Both the position numbers and the translations under genes were made by a program. A stretch of 63,996 nt of DNA, the filler included, from Craspedostauros australis (Eukaryota): the NCBI GenBank assembly GCA_030167865.1. It is 8 parts of 8 records of this genome, joined end to end, with 100 filler letters (N's around TTAATTAATTAA, not from the genome) between each part and the next. Parts side by side here need not be neighbours in the genome. Positions count along the whole stretch, not along the records: positions 16,563 to 43,687 come from JALAGF010004914.1; 7 more parts are not named here. One strand, given 5' to 3'. Position 1 is the stretch's first letter. Each line of letters begins with the position of its first letter. This document shows positions 25,391-37,986 of this stretch, in pieces. Under the pieces are notes generated by a model. It searched no databases. It had not been told where the DNA came from and was given only the letters and a program-made list of their open reading frames with translations.

Positions 25391-26521
25391 ATGAGCCGCT
25401 CCGGTTCCTTCACCTTCGCGCTCTGGTGCCTCCATGAAATCGGCACGTCGTGGGCATTCCAGACGCTGCCATGTCACCCAACAGCCATGCATCGACAAGC
25501 CACGACGTTGCACGGCGTCTCGGAATGGCGCGACAATTGCTTCATGCCCGACGACGACGACGACGACGACGACGACAACGCATCGAACCAGCTGGGCGAA
25601 CTGAAGAAGCCCATCTGCTTGCTCCCGTTCGACTTTTCCGAGACCCTGATCCAGGGCGAGACGAAGGAGCTGAGGCTGTACGAGGACCGGTTCCTGGCCT
25701 TGTTTGAGGACGTGCACACGAATCACGAGGGGATGCTGGGCATGGCGTTGTTCTCGGAGGCGGACGGCGGCATCCTCGGCAGCGTGCCGCTGTGCGAGAT
25801 TGTGGACTTCAACAACATGGGTGGCGATTTCGGAATCTTCCTGACGATTCAATCCGTCGGGCGCATCGAGCTGAAGGACGTGCTGCCCGATAGCGATCTC
25901 TACCTGCGGGCCAGCTGCATCGAGATATTAGACGACACGTGCTCGGATCTCGTGGCGGCCACGGCGCTTGCCGATCAGATAGAGACGACGGTCACGTCGC
26001 TGTCGGACATGGAGATCAAGCTGGGGCAGGAGCTGGAGAAGAAGGAGCAGGAAGGCAGCCTGCCAGAGAGCGTCACCGTCACCAACCAGGTGGATGTGTA
26101 CCAGACGGGCGACTCGCCGGACAACATCGACGAGGAAGGCACGCGGTTTGAGCGCTTCATGCACGCCTACCTCGATGCCAAGGAATCCGATACGCAAGGA
26201 TACGTGTCAATGGACGACGACTCGTCATTCTCCGACTTTGAAGGCAGCAAGCGTGCGCTCGAGATCCGATCGCTGGCCGATCTGACGGCGGTGTCATGGG
26301 CAGCATTTGCGACGGAAAGCATGGCAGAGCTGGATGCGGCGTATCGGATACAAGCGCTGGCCTGCGGGAACCTCATCGATCGGTTGACGCAGGGTCTGCT
26401 GCTGCTGGAGGAGAAGAAGCTCCTTGTGGAGAAGCTGCTGGACGACACGAAGGATTCCAGCGAAGCGAAGAAGGATGATGATGATGATGATGACGAACAC
26501 GCGGAAGACGAATTCCAATGA
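25391..26521 (+). CDS. LON substrate-binding (Lon N-terminal) domain protein, probably plastid-targeted
   Basis: LLPF...LIQGETKELRLYEDRFLALFE and IQSVGRIEL match the Lon N-domain pattern. Signal peptide ends SWA|F (ASAFAP-type). Confidence 0.75.
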   Translation: MSRSGSFTFALWCLHEIGTSWAFQTLPCHPTAMHRQATTLHGVSEWRDNCFMPDDDDDDDDDNASNQLGELKKPICLLPFDFSETLIQGETKELRLYEDRFLALFEDVHTNHEGMLGMALFSEADGGILGSVPLCEIVDFNNMGGDFGIFLTIQSVGRIELKDVLPDSDLYLRASCIEILDDTCSDLVAATALADQIETTVTSLSDMEIKLGQELEKKEQEGSLPESVTVTNQVDVYQTGDSPDNIDEEGTRFERFMHAYLDAKESDTQGYVSMDDDSSFSDFEGSKRALEIRSLADLTAVSWAAFATESMAELDAAYRIQALACGNLIDRLTQGLLLLEEKKLLVEKLLDDTKDSSEAKKDDDDDDDEHAEDEFQ

Positions 26522-26815
26522 TGCTCATTATTTCGTACTCGTAGAGCGCCTGTTGAGTCCTCGTATGCACGCACGCTAAGGCATGCTCTTGCATTCGTGA
26601 GCACCGGTGACAGTGAACGTTTGAGACTGCTATCGTACTCGTACAAATACCAATACACTTGCCGATACACACCGACTATCATTTCATCCAACTCTGCACT
26701 GGTACGAGTATGCACAACATGACTTCTGCATCGCGCTTGGGATACTGTGTAAATATCTCATCTCGTTTCGATGGCGCTCTCTCTAGTGATTCATTATTCT
26801 TCCCAACCCAACGAT

Positions 26816-27997
26816 TCACCGCGACGGCAACAACCGCCTGTGCTCATCCGATTGCGCCGCGAGCCGCCGTTCATCGTAAAACTTCTGCACGGCGATCATG
26901 CACAGCGAGATCACGATGAGCACGACACCGAACCACGTCGCTGCACGCGGCATCTCGCGGAAGACGACGATCTCCCACATGTAGGCCCACAGGATGTCGG
27001 AGCTGCGCACCATGCCGCCCAACCCGGCCGGTGCCAACCGTCCCGCGTAGTTGATGAGAAAATGGGCGCACGAACCGAACGTCCCCATGCCCACGATGTA
27101 CCACCACGCCGTCGGCACACTCCACGAGCCATCGATGCGGCGCACCCATCCTTGCGTCGCGAACAGCATGGCGAAGAGGAAACCGAAGCAGGCCCAGCTC
27201 CACATGAGCTGGAAGGTGTGCGCGCCCACTTTGCCGGCTTGTCGAATCAACGTGACGACGGAACCGCGGCAGAAACTGCCCAGGACGGCCGTGACGTATC
27301 CCACCCAGTGACTGCTGTTGTCGTTGTTCGTCTGCTGCTGTCCAAATAGAAAGGCCGGGCGCGCGATGCAGATGGCCCCGACGAAACTGGCGGTCGTGGC
27401 CAGGACATGGATCCATCGCACTGGTTCGCGCAGGAAGATGGAGGCCAGGACGATGGTGACGATGGGGTACAAAGAGAAGAGGGTGACGGCGTCGCCCAAC
27501 GGCAGCACGGTGAGGGTGAAGTAGTAGAGGAGGACTCCCATGCCTCCGCACATGCCGCGGGCCAGGAGCACCTTCTGCACTTCCCACGTTCCACCGAACG
27601 GCGTGAAGATGAGCGATCGCGGTTCTGTGAAGGGCGGTGGCTCGTCGAGGAGATGATCGTCGCAAGCATCTTCTGTGTCGGTCGTTGTCTGGTCGGAAGG
27701 AACGCATCCCGGACCGCCTTGAGCTTCGGACGTTGGCTTGAGGTATACCATCCCGAGGATGATGAAGATGCTCTGGTAGGCGATTCGGATGCACAGCAAT
27801 TCAGTGGCGGGCAGTCCGGTGTTGGCGGCGAGCTTCAAGAAGAGGCCCATCGTGGAGTACAGCATCGCGGAGATCAGGAGGATCACGAGGCCGTAGGACT
27901 CCGTCGATATCCATGATGGTTTGAACGGGACGGATTCCGCCATTGCCGCTGCGGTTGCCCTTGCCATTGTCGTCGATGTCGTTGTCATCGATGTCAT
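26816..27997 (-). CDS. EamA/DMT-superfamily transporter (SLC35G-like)
   Basis: About 10 hydrophobic segments; LLARGMCG, LPLGDAVTLFSLYPIVTIVLASIFLREP, GAICIARPAFLFG. Confidence 0.9.
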   Translation of the reverse strand: MTSMTTTSTTMARATAAAMAESVPFKPSWISTESYGLVILLISAMLYSTMGLFLKLAANTGLPATELLCIRIAYQSIFIILGMVYLKPTSEAQGGPGCVPSDQTTTDTEDACDDHLLDEPPPFTEPRSLIFTPFGGTWEVQKVLLARGMCGGMGVLLYYFTLTVLPLGDAVTLFSLYPIVTIVLASIFLREPVRWIHVLATTASFVGAICIARPAFLFGQQQTNNDNSSHWVGYVTAVLGSFCRGSVVTLIRQAGKVGAHTFQLMWSWACFGFLFAMLFATQGWVRRIDGSWSVPTAWWYIVGMGTFGSCAHFLINYAGRLAPAGLGGMVRSSDILWAYMWEIVVFREMPRAATWFGVVLIVISLCMIAVQKFYDERRLAAQSDEHRRLLPSR

Positions 27998-28815
27998 GGC
28001 GAGTTGAGCAATGATGCTGCTCTGATCAAGTTTGTGAGCTGCTGGTTCCTGCTGTCATGGCTGAGTAATCGTGCTTTCCTCGTACAACGTCGAAAGCATT
28101 TGTATATAGTATTAGGTACTATATGTTCCTTGGAACACGCCTCCTGTGGTGATCCCTCTTTGGATAGAGTGGAGTACAACCTATGATGGAGTACAACCTG
28201 TCGGTGGAGGAGGGTGCCCTGCATGCTGTCTTTGTGGGAATCTTCTCTGCATCTTGTCTGATGAGGTACTTGCCACAAATGATGTCATCATCGTGTTGAA
28301 GTGGGCAGTATTGTAAGTTGCGGTATATCATTATAGCATTCACTGGCTTCAATGGAGTCCGCGGTAATTTCATATTACACGCAATTACCGAAAAGAACAC
28401 GAGACGCCACAAAATGCGAAACGATGATCTGCACTCTCCCTCTTCAAGTGACGACGGAAGAAGATCTTCAGCATCGATAGTTCCGCAGTTCCACAGATTC
28501 TCACACCAGCACCACACGAGTACCCAGAGCCATAGGAATCCTCCTGCTCCGCGCTGCAGCACCTCAATCAATTGACCAGGTGTCTTCCACTGTGTTGACG
28601 AAGATCATTTACTTCCCTGGATCTTCATCACCGTCGTTGTCATTGCCGTCGTTGTCAGTGCCGTCGGAGTTGTGGCAGTGGCAGTGGTAGTGGTGGTGGC
28701 AGTCGACCAATTGATCCTGTGCCTCGAACTGTTCCGATCTCCACAAATCCCAAAACCACACACGCACTCACGCACATACAGAGAAACGCCAGCGAACCGG
28801 AAGGACCTTGCAATA

Positions 28816-30885
28816 ATGCATCCGCACCAGCGGTATTCCATCTTGGGTCAGCAATCCATGCAACGCAAGGGAGAGCGCAGCCAAAAGCCGCAACGCCATC
28901 GTCCCGCACCGTCACCGCCCGTCGCTGAGAGCGTGGCGAGTGAAGCACACAGCGAAGACACCAAAACGCCCCCTCTCTTGGTGGTCACAGAAGACCCCAC
29001 ACCAATGCGTTGCACGAACTACATGAGAATCGTCGATTCTCACCTGCTTGTGCAGGCGAGCTACGATCCCAAGACGTGCACGCACAGCATGGTCACGAAG
29101 GAATTGCTGGGCCGAGCGCAAAGTCTGCGTGCTGTGTACACAGCAGCGGGTGCACTATTCGCACTTGGTCTCTTCGTCGTCTGCATACAAACATTACGGG
29201 ACAATGCATCGAGAGGTATCACGCTTATCGCCATGATCCATGGCTTCGCATCCGTCATGGTGCTTGCTGGCAGGTTTTGCGCCATTCTCTGGACGGGTCG
29301 GCGCGAGCGCTCCAACTCCATTCAAACTCTCGACTACATCATGGCAGAAGAATGGTTTCACTCCATCGTCATGTTGGGTTGTCCTTTGCTCGTGCTCTGC
29401 GGCGCTCTGATTACGAAATCAGAACGTGTAGTCACGCTCACGGCAACGACATGGATGGTCTGTGTTGGTTTGGCGTTTAGCGTCTTTGTCATTCAGGATG
29501 TGCTCCTGGAGCTGACAGCCTGCATGGAACAGCGGGATTCCAAACAATCGATCGATGACAGCACAAAGCACAACAACACGCATCGCGCGAGTACGGACCC
29601 ATCCAAGTGGCTCCTTGCCGCGCAGTCCTGCATTCACAAGCGCCAAGTGCGTACGTACTGCATCCAACGCACCACGACCCGATTCCACAAATGGACTTGG
29701 ACGACATCGTCCACATCTATCGATACGTCCATTCACGTTCCGAACCAATTCACCAATCGGTGGTTCCATCTCGTCAAGCTCATGCATCTCCAATGTCTTC
29801 CTTTCTTCACGGCATTGGAAGAACGACTCGAATCATCCAACGACGCCGTCGATGGTGCACCGGACTTCGAGTTCCTTTACGGCGCGTCATCATGGAGGTT
29901 GGAGAGCTTGCTGTGCCTGCCGTCAACAATGAACTTCGTTATGGTTCTGCGAGGATCGGATGCGCTGACGACATCACAAATCCGCAGCAGCTTCCTTTTC
30001 ACCATGCTGGGAACTGCTGCGATCCCCATCCTGATCCTTTGCGCCATGGTCTGGCTCGATAGATCCACAACGACTCTCGTGGTTGCAACAGGCGGCTTGA
30101 GCTTTGCCGCATTCATTTCGATTCAGGAAACGTTGCAGCTGAAGGCAGCAATGGAAGAACCAGAGAATCGGCAAGGAGAGGTCGAGCATGTTCAGGACGA
30201 TGGTTGGCGGGACGGGTAAGTGCGACGATTGTTGGCAATCTGTTTCAACTATTTTGTGTCTGCTCCACAACTATCTCTAACGCTCTTGCAACCATTCTTC
30301 CGACATTCTCTCTCCAGCATCTTTGTGAGTCGGAGATGCGAACGATACGCCGTTCCGACGGCGTTGACTTGCATGGTCCTGTTCGTTCTTGAGCAGATCG
30401 TGTTCGTGGCGTATCCATTTTGGACGTTGTTGCGGATGGCAGACGGTGCAACCATCACTGTATTTGCGATGTCGACGTTGCTCTCCAATCTCGACTATTA
30501 CTTTGACCCTGCCTTGATCATGGAGGAAGGTGTCAACCGCACACGCAATCTGGCCAACGCCAAAGTCCATTCGTCGTCGTCGATGAATGATTCCCACAGG
30601 ATCAGTCATGCGGAACGAAGACATCCTTGGTTGATCGCATTCTGGACAATCGGTCTGATCTTCGTTGCCCAAAGCCCACCAGCCTCAAAGATCGACTTGA
30701 AACTAACACCGGTACGAGTGGCAACACCACCGCCACCAGCGAAGGCGGAGGCGACAACAGAGATGCGACAACCACGGTCGCATGTTGTGCATCCCACGCC
30801 AAGGATTGGCTTTCCTCATACTCCTCCCAACAAAACAGATGGACTCCCTGCCAACAACTCCACATTCGATGATCGTTTCATGTAA
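28816..30885 (+). CDS. Multi-pass membrane protein of unknown function; exons 28816-30215 and 30318-30885
   Basis: A GTAAGT...CTCCAG intron (30216-30317) joins ORFs 28672-30219 and 30220-30885 in frame. Multiple hydrophobic helices. Confidence 0.6.
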
Positions 30886-31139
30886 GTTCGACGCGCACAG
30901 TGTAGTCATCACATGCAGGAGTCAGGCATGCTTGCGAGCGCTGATTGTGAATGAGATTCTGTGAAGGCAAGCACAGATTCTGCACCCGATGACGCAATGG
31001 CGACGTGCGTGCAAAATGTCACCATCCTTACTCATTGTGACTATTGCGTGACTCTCTCGTTCCTTTTTCCGCACGATGCCACTCTTTCATTTGACGTGTC
31101 GCGGTTGCCATCGCAATTACAATCGCCATCTTCAGATTC

Positions 31140-31967
31140 ATGGACAATGCGGACGCTTCCTTGTCAACACCGCCGGGTTTTGAGTACATAGCAATGAGGT
31201 CGCTGTGGGATGACGACAGCGTACCGGAGGAGGAGGAACCCATTCCATTCGAAACGGAACCGGGGCACAATGGCACTGGCCAACATGACCGCCCGATCAA
31301 CCGTGGCTTGGGCGGGCGGCTGTTGCTAAACAGAGTGACTCAAGCGAGGTTTCGGAGAACACGCCGTTTCGCGACGAGTGCTTCCAAACCGGGACAATCT
31401 TCCACATCCGCGACAGCAGAGCAAGGAGTTATCAGGCACACCCGCACGCTGAATGTTTCGCCTCACCGCGATTTCATGCCTCTCATCGACGAGTTTGTGG
31501 ACGGTACCAAGCACATCCAATGTTACCTTTGGAACAGCGACTTTGCAGATTGCCGTGGCATCGCCGACGGATTCTGTGAGGCCATGCCCGCATCGGAATC
31601 CATTCATCGACCTGAGTCGGCGATTCTACAACTGCGGTATAACTTCCTGGAGCTGTCCCCGCCGCAAGGCATCTGTCGCAGACTTGGAGATGCACGTCCA
31701 CAGGAACCGGGCACTGCAGGCACGAAGGCGCATGCAGATGTGGATGTGCCATTTCAGCCGGATCACAACTCTGCCTCGCAACGCAATGTATTTGGCGAAG
31801 TCCGAACATTCTACAGGGACGCAGCCCAACGCCAGTTGTTGGACTTTCGCTTCGTCTTCACCTTTTGCTTCCGTCTCTTTGCCAGTCCGAAGACTGACCA
31901 TACTGAGCAAATCGACCAAGCGGAGAGTGCAGATCAAACAACCCTCGAGGCGCCTCATAGTGCATAA
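31140..31967 (+). CDS. Hypothetical protein
   Basis: ATG-initiated 275-aa ORF with no recognised motif. Confidence 0.3.
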   Translation: MDNADASLSTPPGFEYIAMRSLWDDDSVPEEEEPIPFETEPGHNGTGQHDRPINRGLGGRLLLNRVTQARFRRTRRFATSASKPGQSSTSATAEQGVIRHTRTLNVSPHRDFMPLIDEFVDGTKHIQCYLWNSDFADCRGIADGFCEAMPASESIHRPESAILQLRYNFLELSPPQGICRRLGDARPQEPGTAGTKAHADVDVPFQPDHNSASQRNVFGEVRTFYRDAAQRQLLDFRFVFTFCFRLFASPKTDHTEQIDQAESADQTTLEAPHSA

Positions 31968-32906
31968 TGCAGAGTGCGGAGGGACCGCAATAGCAGTATT
32001 GGCAAAATAGAAAGGGAGGGAGAGGTAGAGGCGGCCAAACACATGACACAATCTAACTTTCCCAGAGTGGGCATACTACTAGACCTGTATTTGGCACGTT
32101 CAATCGTATCGTTCAAAATCTCGAGTTCGGCACGAATGCGTTGTGAAGGCGTTTGCGTCATACCTCAACAGAAAGATACTTTTTGTGAACATCAATCGCA
32201 CGTGTCTGGACGAAGGCCATCGACGCCTTTCCACGACCACATCCACATCCACAACTGCGGCAAGAACAGAGAAGACATCTTATGACCGACAGAATCCGAA
32301 CATGTTCGAAGATGTTCGTGTGTTTGCGAGTTCACGCTACCAAGAGCGGCCACCAGCGAACGGGTTGGAGATGGGAAAGCGAATTCAACGAGAACCAGAC
32401 GCCACAACCTTTTGGCAACCTCATGCAACTGCAACATCGCAGAAGCATCAATGGGCAGGACTCGAGCGACGATTTGATCCCAACAACGACATCACAGAGG
32501 AGATCGGCTTTGTGGAGATCGAGGTAGCGGCACGACTTGACCAGCAACACCAACGGCATCATCGGCATCAAAAGCTACGATCCATCCGTACGATGCTACC
32601 CATGGTTTGCCATCGTCGTTCCGCACTGCCCCACCCAGCCGGAGAGAGTCGTGATCAAACCCACGAGCGTCTGCAATCACGTGCACGTACCATAGAGATG
32701 AAGAGCGAGAGAGATGGGAATCAAGTACAAGATCATGCAATGGCCTCCACCTTTGTCTCTCCAGTCCCCATCATCCCAATTGTGCTCACAAATCCAAACC
32801 AGCCCCAATCTGAACCTGAACACTCACAAATCGCAGCACACAATACAACACAACACAAACAATTCGATACGATACATCCTCTCTGCGACATCTTGCATCA
32901 CAAGAC

Positions 32907-34346
32907 ATGACATACCACACGACCAACCGTACCACAGCCGTGGCTGCTGCCATCGCGATCGTGGCGTCTCTGTTCATGGCATGCTGCATCCCGACAGTCG
33001 CTGCTGCCGACGGCGACCCAGCCCCCTCCATCCCGTGTCCCGGAGTCGAAGATGGAGTATCCTTCAACAACATCGCACTCAAGGATCGTCCCAAGCTCGC
33101 AAAGATACTGCAACATGGGTACCGCATGGATCTGCAACAGGCCACCATGCCATCCTTCGAAGTCCCTGGCAACCAGGTGGATTTGCACACCGCCTTTGTC
33201 GATCGCCGCTTTCGACTCATCGATGCCGAGCACTGCGATCCCATCTACGGAACGGAGCCGGGCCAGTACATGACGTGCTCGAAGCAGCCAAGCGCTTCCT
33301 TCGCATCGACGAATGGTCGATCTCTCAACGTTCTGTTGGAGAAGCAGTTGCTGCTGCAGGCGTCGGTTCAATACGACGAGCAGTACCTGTTCACCCAAGG
33401 AATCGGGAATGCATCCGACGAAGTCAAGGCATCGTACGATGAGTGGGTCGCCTCCACCACTCAGATCCTGGAGAACAACTACACATGCGACGATTGGGGA
33501 TACCTGCAGTTCTTTTCCGCTGTGTTCTCCTGCAATTACATTCTGCCGTGCATGAAGCTGGAACCAGAGTTTCTGCAGGATCTAAAGGCTCTGCCAACGC
33601 CTTCCATCATCGGACCGCCGACATCGGTCAGTAGCATCTCCAACACTGCCGACGTGTTGAACCAACTCAACGCTACCCTCGCCAAACCCTACTTTGACTT
33701 TGTCGACAAGTGGGGACACGGTTCGGTGGAAGGTTTCCGTCTGGGCTCGGCTGTCCTTGAGGTTAGCAGCAGCGCGCCGGAACCCGGCAGCAACAGCAAC
33801 AGCACGTTGTACATGGGATACGTCGGCGGTTCTGGAATCAAAGAAATCCGACAGGGCAACCTCGATGCCGATCTCTACACGCAGGAGGAGTGCAACGATC
33901 CCGAACCCATGCGGTTGAACTACCGACGCTGGAGCACCTTTCTGGGCACGGACCCCTACTTCAATCTGATCCTGCCGCCGGCCGATCGCATTGACAACCG
34001 CGAGGATCTGATCCGCAACTTCCAGTTCCTGTATCTGTACGGTTTCGACCTGGGCGGCGCCTACAGCGTGAGCCGCGATATCGTCGACAGTGATGCGTGG
34101 CAGTGCAATGCAACGTCACCGGACCCGGATCCTGATGTCGGTCAACCCACGCAAGCTCCAGACAATGGGGCGACGGATGGACCGACCGCGGCGCCAACTG
34201 ACCAGGACGGAAATGCCACAAGCAGCGATGATGATGAGGACAGCGATGATTCTGCCGCAGTGAGTCTGAGCATGATGTCTTCCGTTGGTCTCAAGTTCAT
34301 CACGGTAGTCGCCACATTCCTGGCAATGATGGCAGCAGCAGCATGA
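32907..34346 (+). CDS. Secreted, C-terminally anchored protein with a MACPF-like domain
   Basis: Signal peptide; LEPEFLQDLKALP...YFDFVDKWGHGSVEGFRLGS; YVGGSG...PEPMRL; P/T/D-rich linker; SAA followed by a hydrophobic tail (GPI-like). Confidence 0.7.
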   Translation: MTYHTTNRTTAVAAAIAIVASLFMACCIPTVAAADGDPAPSIPCPGVEDGVSFNNIALKDRPKLAKILQHGYRMDLQQATMPSFEVPGNQVDLHTAFVDRRFRLIDAEHCDPIYGTEPGQYMTCSKQPSASFASTNGRSLNVLLEKQLLLQASVQYDEQYLFTQGIGNASDEVKASYDEWVASTTQILENNYTCDDWGYLQFFSAVFSCNYILPCMKLEPEFLQDLKALPTPSIIGPPTSVSSISNTADVLNQLNATLAKPYFDFVDKWGHGSVEGFRLGSAVLEVSSSAPEPGSNSNSTLYMGYVGGSGIKEIRQGNLDADLYTQEECNDPEPMRLNYRRWSTFLGTDPYFNLILPPADRIDNREDLIRNFQFLYLYGFDLGGAYSVSRDIVDSDAWQCNATSPDPDPDVGQPTQAPDNGATDGPTAAPTDQDGNATSSDDDEDSDDSAAVSLSMMSSVGLKFITVVATFLAMMAAAA

Positions 34347-34811
34347 GCGCACGACTAAGCTATGCCGGCCAGCCAGTCAGGCAGATACATAGAGAGATAC
34401 ATATATAACCCACGATCCAAAGCTCCATCAGGAATCCAAGGTAACATAATAGCTCAACGTGCAATTTAAATCGAGTATGGCAATTGGAGTCGCACTTAAT
34501 CGTTGTTGCATGTTGGATGGAGAGTCCTTGTGGGCCATGCCCGGAGCGTGCTGTGCTCGTAGCAGTGCGACGAATTAGTCAAGATTGGTGTTGCTGAAGC
34601 GAGGATGTGCTCGAAGCGAGATTGGTTTTCTGGATACGATCTGCTATCAACGCATCCCTCTCTCCCTCTCTGTTTGTCATTCTCCTTTTTTACGACAACC
34701 AGCGTTCTGCCCACCTTCATCGTGTCATTCGTGCGAGTTTTTCACACGACTCTCAGCAATCTCAATCAATCAGTCAGTTAGTCAATCAGTCAATCAGTCG
34801 ATCAATCGTCT

Positions 34812-35605
34812 CTAAATCTCATCGGGCACATCTTGCAGCAGCTCCATGAATTCGTTGAGGATGCTGACAATCTTCTGATCGTACTTGAGGAACTCGGAGG
34901 CATTCTGGGCACCGGCGGGTCCATCCCCGGCTTTGGCAGTTCGCTTCATGTCATCCACCAACTGAAGCCCACGCTTGCGCTTCGCAGGATCCGGCATGGT
35001 GTTCGCGATGTCCTTCATGTCATTCTCCGCCACTCCGTACAGCTTGCGCAAGAATTGCCCCACGTTGTCCCATTCCTTCTTGTCCATTTCCGATGAGGAC
35101 TTGGCGACGCGGTTGTAGACGGACTGGTGGTTGATGTATAGAAGGTTGGTTGGCAAAATAGTTGGGAAGAGATGGGTGGGCAGTGTGGTGATCGGAACAT
35201 TAGTATGTGTCGTAGTGTACCATCAGATACCATCGCACAACACAGCACAACACAACACAACGCAGCAGCAGCAACGACGGCGTACTTAAAGCGTATGTAG
35301 AGTATTGTTGTGCACGTCCAACTCACCAACAAGTCACCCTTGGCGCGAACCATGCGGTTGAATTGCGCGGCGCCCTTCGGCAGCGTGTTACCATCGGAAA
35401 TATCGGCCTGAGCCGCTTCGGGCATCATGCCATCAACGGCCATCACGGATCCTGCGACGAACAGCATCTTGGAGGCCTGCACGAACGCCTCGCGGCGTCC
35501 AACCTGAATGCTTGATGGTGACGGTTGCGTGTTCCATGCATCGGCGGAGTTGCCGAATGCGAGGATTGCCACGCACATCTGTGCGGCGGTTGGTGTGCTC
35601 CTCAT
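34812..35605 (-). CDS. Thylakoid lumen protein (MPH2/TL16.5-like helical bundle); exons 35605-35327 and 35123-34812
   Basis: Signal peptide ADA|W, twin-Arg GRREAF, AQA cleavage site; phase-0 GTGAGT...CAG intron 35326-35124; C-terminus LQDVPDEI. Confidence 0.75.
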
Positions 35606-36639
35606 TGTATTGGAGGGTGCTTCAAGTGGAGTATCTATGCTCTGCGATCTGATTCTGACTAGTGGTATGAACAACTCGATGAAGTTCCTTCGAGTTTTGA
35701 TGTGGCGAGCAGTGCCTCATTGTGCAACCGACCAACAAACGAACGAACGGCAGCAACCGAAGCACCGTCATGGTCATGGCCATCGCCGACTCAGACCCAA
35801 ACACAAACACAAACAGAGACATCAACATCGTCACGAAAAATCGTCAGCAGACGGATCTTCGCGTTCGTCATTTTGCAACAACGTGGCAGTCATGGATACT
35901 GATTTGAATCACGAATACCGAGTCAACTTGTTGGAGAACAAAAGCACGCGCAAAAACAAGACCCTTGTTTGTTCGACGAGCAAGACAGGACATGATCGGA
36001 ATCGACAACATCAGCCAAGCCAGAGCAGAGACAACATTAATAAAACCATCGTTCAATCTCCACCAACATCAATGAGAGGAGGAAGCACCTTCTCCCGTTG
36101 TCAACGTTGGCCTTGACATCGATGCCGTTGATCTTGTGATCGAGCTTGCTGCTGTGTTGACTGCGCTTGAATGCGAATGCACACACAACGACAACGATCC
36201 AACGAAAGGCGATTGACAGAGTTCGGCTGGCTCAACAAGTCGTACATCCGGCAATGGCGTTAAATATACGTTTTCATGCATGTGACATGTACTGAGTTTC
36301 TTGTGACAAACGCGCGCCCGCGGTCTTGGCGCCGCCAATCGGCATCGCTCACAAATCTCAGACGGAGAAAACGCTCTCCCTTGTTGTTCTGCCTCACAAT
36401 TCCACAATTCCACTCTCACGATTCCTTCATCGACAATACGAAAAGAGAGCTGCACCAAGGAACAGCAACGTCACACCTACTGTGGCACCAAGGCGAAAGA
36501 AGAAACACGCAAGCAACGCAAAGCAAAGGAACAGATTTGACATTTCCACCAATCGCACCATCAGCAAAAGCGACACAAAACACACAGTCCTTGTCATCGC
36601 CATCATTATCATTACCGCCATCACTCGAGAACCACCACC

Positions 36640-37986
36640 ATGAGCATGCAGCTAACAAAGAGGAAGTGGCGCAGCGCCGTCATTCTGGTGATCGTCACGT
36701 TGTGGTGCATCGTCATGCTGGACATGAGACAATACGTCTACGAGCATGCGGTGTGGGATTACGAAGTGCAAGTGCAACTGCAGCACCAGCACCAGCAGCA
36801 GAAAGAAGGTCGCAAGTTTGCCGTCGACGGCAGTGCCGCTGCCAAACTTCGCCAAGTGCCGCGAGCCAGCATGACGGAAGAGCAAAGGCAGCACAGAAAT
36901 CGAGAGCAGGAGCCGCAACCTGAGGAGAATCGAAAATCATCGTTATCGATCGATGTGCGAGAGACCAATGCCAGCAGCAGCGGCGATACTCTCAACCAAA
37001 CTGCGAGCCTCGCTCACGGTATGGAAAACATGAAGCAGGCCAACAATGCAACGAATGCCACCTGCAATCCGCAGCGACCGATGTCATGGGAGTGGCTGTA
37101 CTTCAGCAATTCACCGAATGGGACGAAGGTCTCCAATTCAACGGAAACAGGAGAATCAGTCGACAATAACAGCAATGCCAGCAGCATCAGCAGCATTGGC
37201 AGCATTAGCAGCACTAACGCTCCCATTGAATACAAGCAAAAGCAAAAGAACATGCTCATCGCCACATTCGCTGGTTTTGACAAGTACGCTTCGATGTTGG
37301 AACTGACGGCACCGATCAACAAGGCCTACGCCCGGAAGTGGAAGCAGGATTTTGTCGTCTTGCAGGGCACGTCCTTCGTGCAACCAGAAGTCGACGGCAC
37401 GCAGTGCACGCCGCATGGACGACGCACGACGCTCAACAAGATCAAGCTCCTGCTCATTGCGCTGCGCAAGCGGGGCAAGTATGACCAGCTCCTTATCCTC
37501 GACACCGACGCCATGATCTACGACTTCGACAGAGACCTAACCACCTTGCTCGATGACAAGTACATGGTCGCCGCTCATCGCGTCAGCGAAGTCAATCCGG
37601 CGATTCACACGCACAACATCAACGCCGGCGTGACCTTGTGGAATCTGAAGCATCCTATGACGCACACGGTAGCCAAGGGCTGGGAGATGCGCAGCGTCCG
37701 CAGCATTCGCGAGGAGCGCTTTCAAGGCGATCAGCTGCCGTTGCACAACACCTTGCGCAAGCACAAGGATGCCATCCCGTACGTCTACGCCATGGCTGAC
37801 GAGTTCGCGTACGGTCATGCAACCGTCATCAAGCACTTCATCCGGCGTCGGCAGCACAAGGAATGGTCGGATCCCAAGATTTTGGATGAGCGCGTCGTAA
37901 TGATACATAATGCAACGAACATCATTTGCGATCGAGAGGTTGGCGTTTGCGACGGCATCGAACTGATCGAGTACGGCAGATTGTGA
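36640..37986 (+). CDS. Type II membrane glycosyltransferase (GT-A fold, GT34-like)
   Basis: N-terminal TM helix and stem region; NKAYARKW, LNKI, DxD motif ILDTDA, INAGVTLWN, GDQ. Confidence 0.82.
   Translation: MSMQLTKRKWRSAVILVIVTLWCIVMLDMRQYVYEHAVWDYEVQVQLQHQHQQQKEGRKFAVDGSAAAKLRQVPRASMTEEQRQHRNREQEPQPEENRKSSLSIDVRETNASSSGDTLNQTASLAHGMENMKQANNATNATCNPQRPMSWEWLYFSNSPNGTKVSNSTETGESVDNNSNASSISSIGSISSTNAPIEYKQKQKNMLIATFAGFDKYASMLELTAPINKAYARKWKQDFVVLQGTSFVQPEVDGTQCTPHGRRTTLNKIKLLLIALRKRGKYDQLLILDTDAMIYDFDRDLTTLLDDKYMVAAHRVSEVNPAIHTHNINAGVTLWNLKHPMTHTVAKGWEMRSVRSIREERFQGDQLPLHNTLRKHKDAIPYVYAMADEFAYGHATVIKHFIRRRQHKEWSDPKILDERVVMIHNATNIICDREVGVCDGIELIEYGRL

Noticed and set aside
32143..32910. 255-aa ORF upstream of the MACPF-like gene
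   Set aside because: Non-ATG start, no motif, and it overlaps the CA-rich 5' leader of the next gene; likely spurious.
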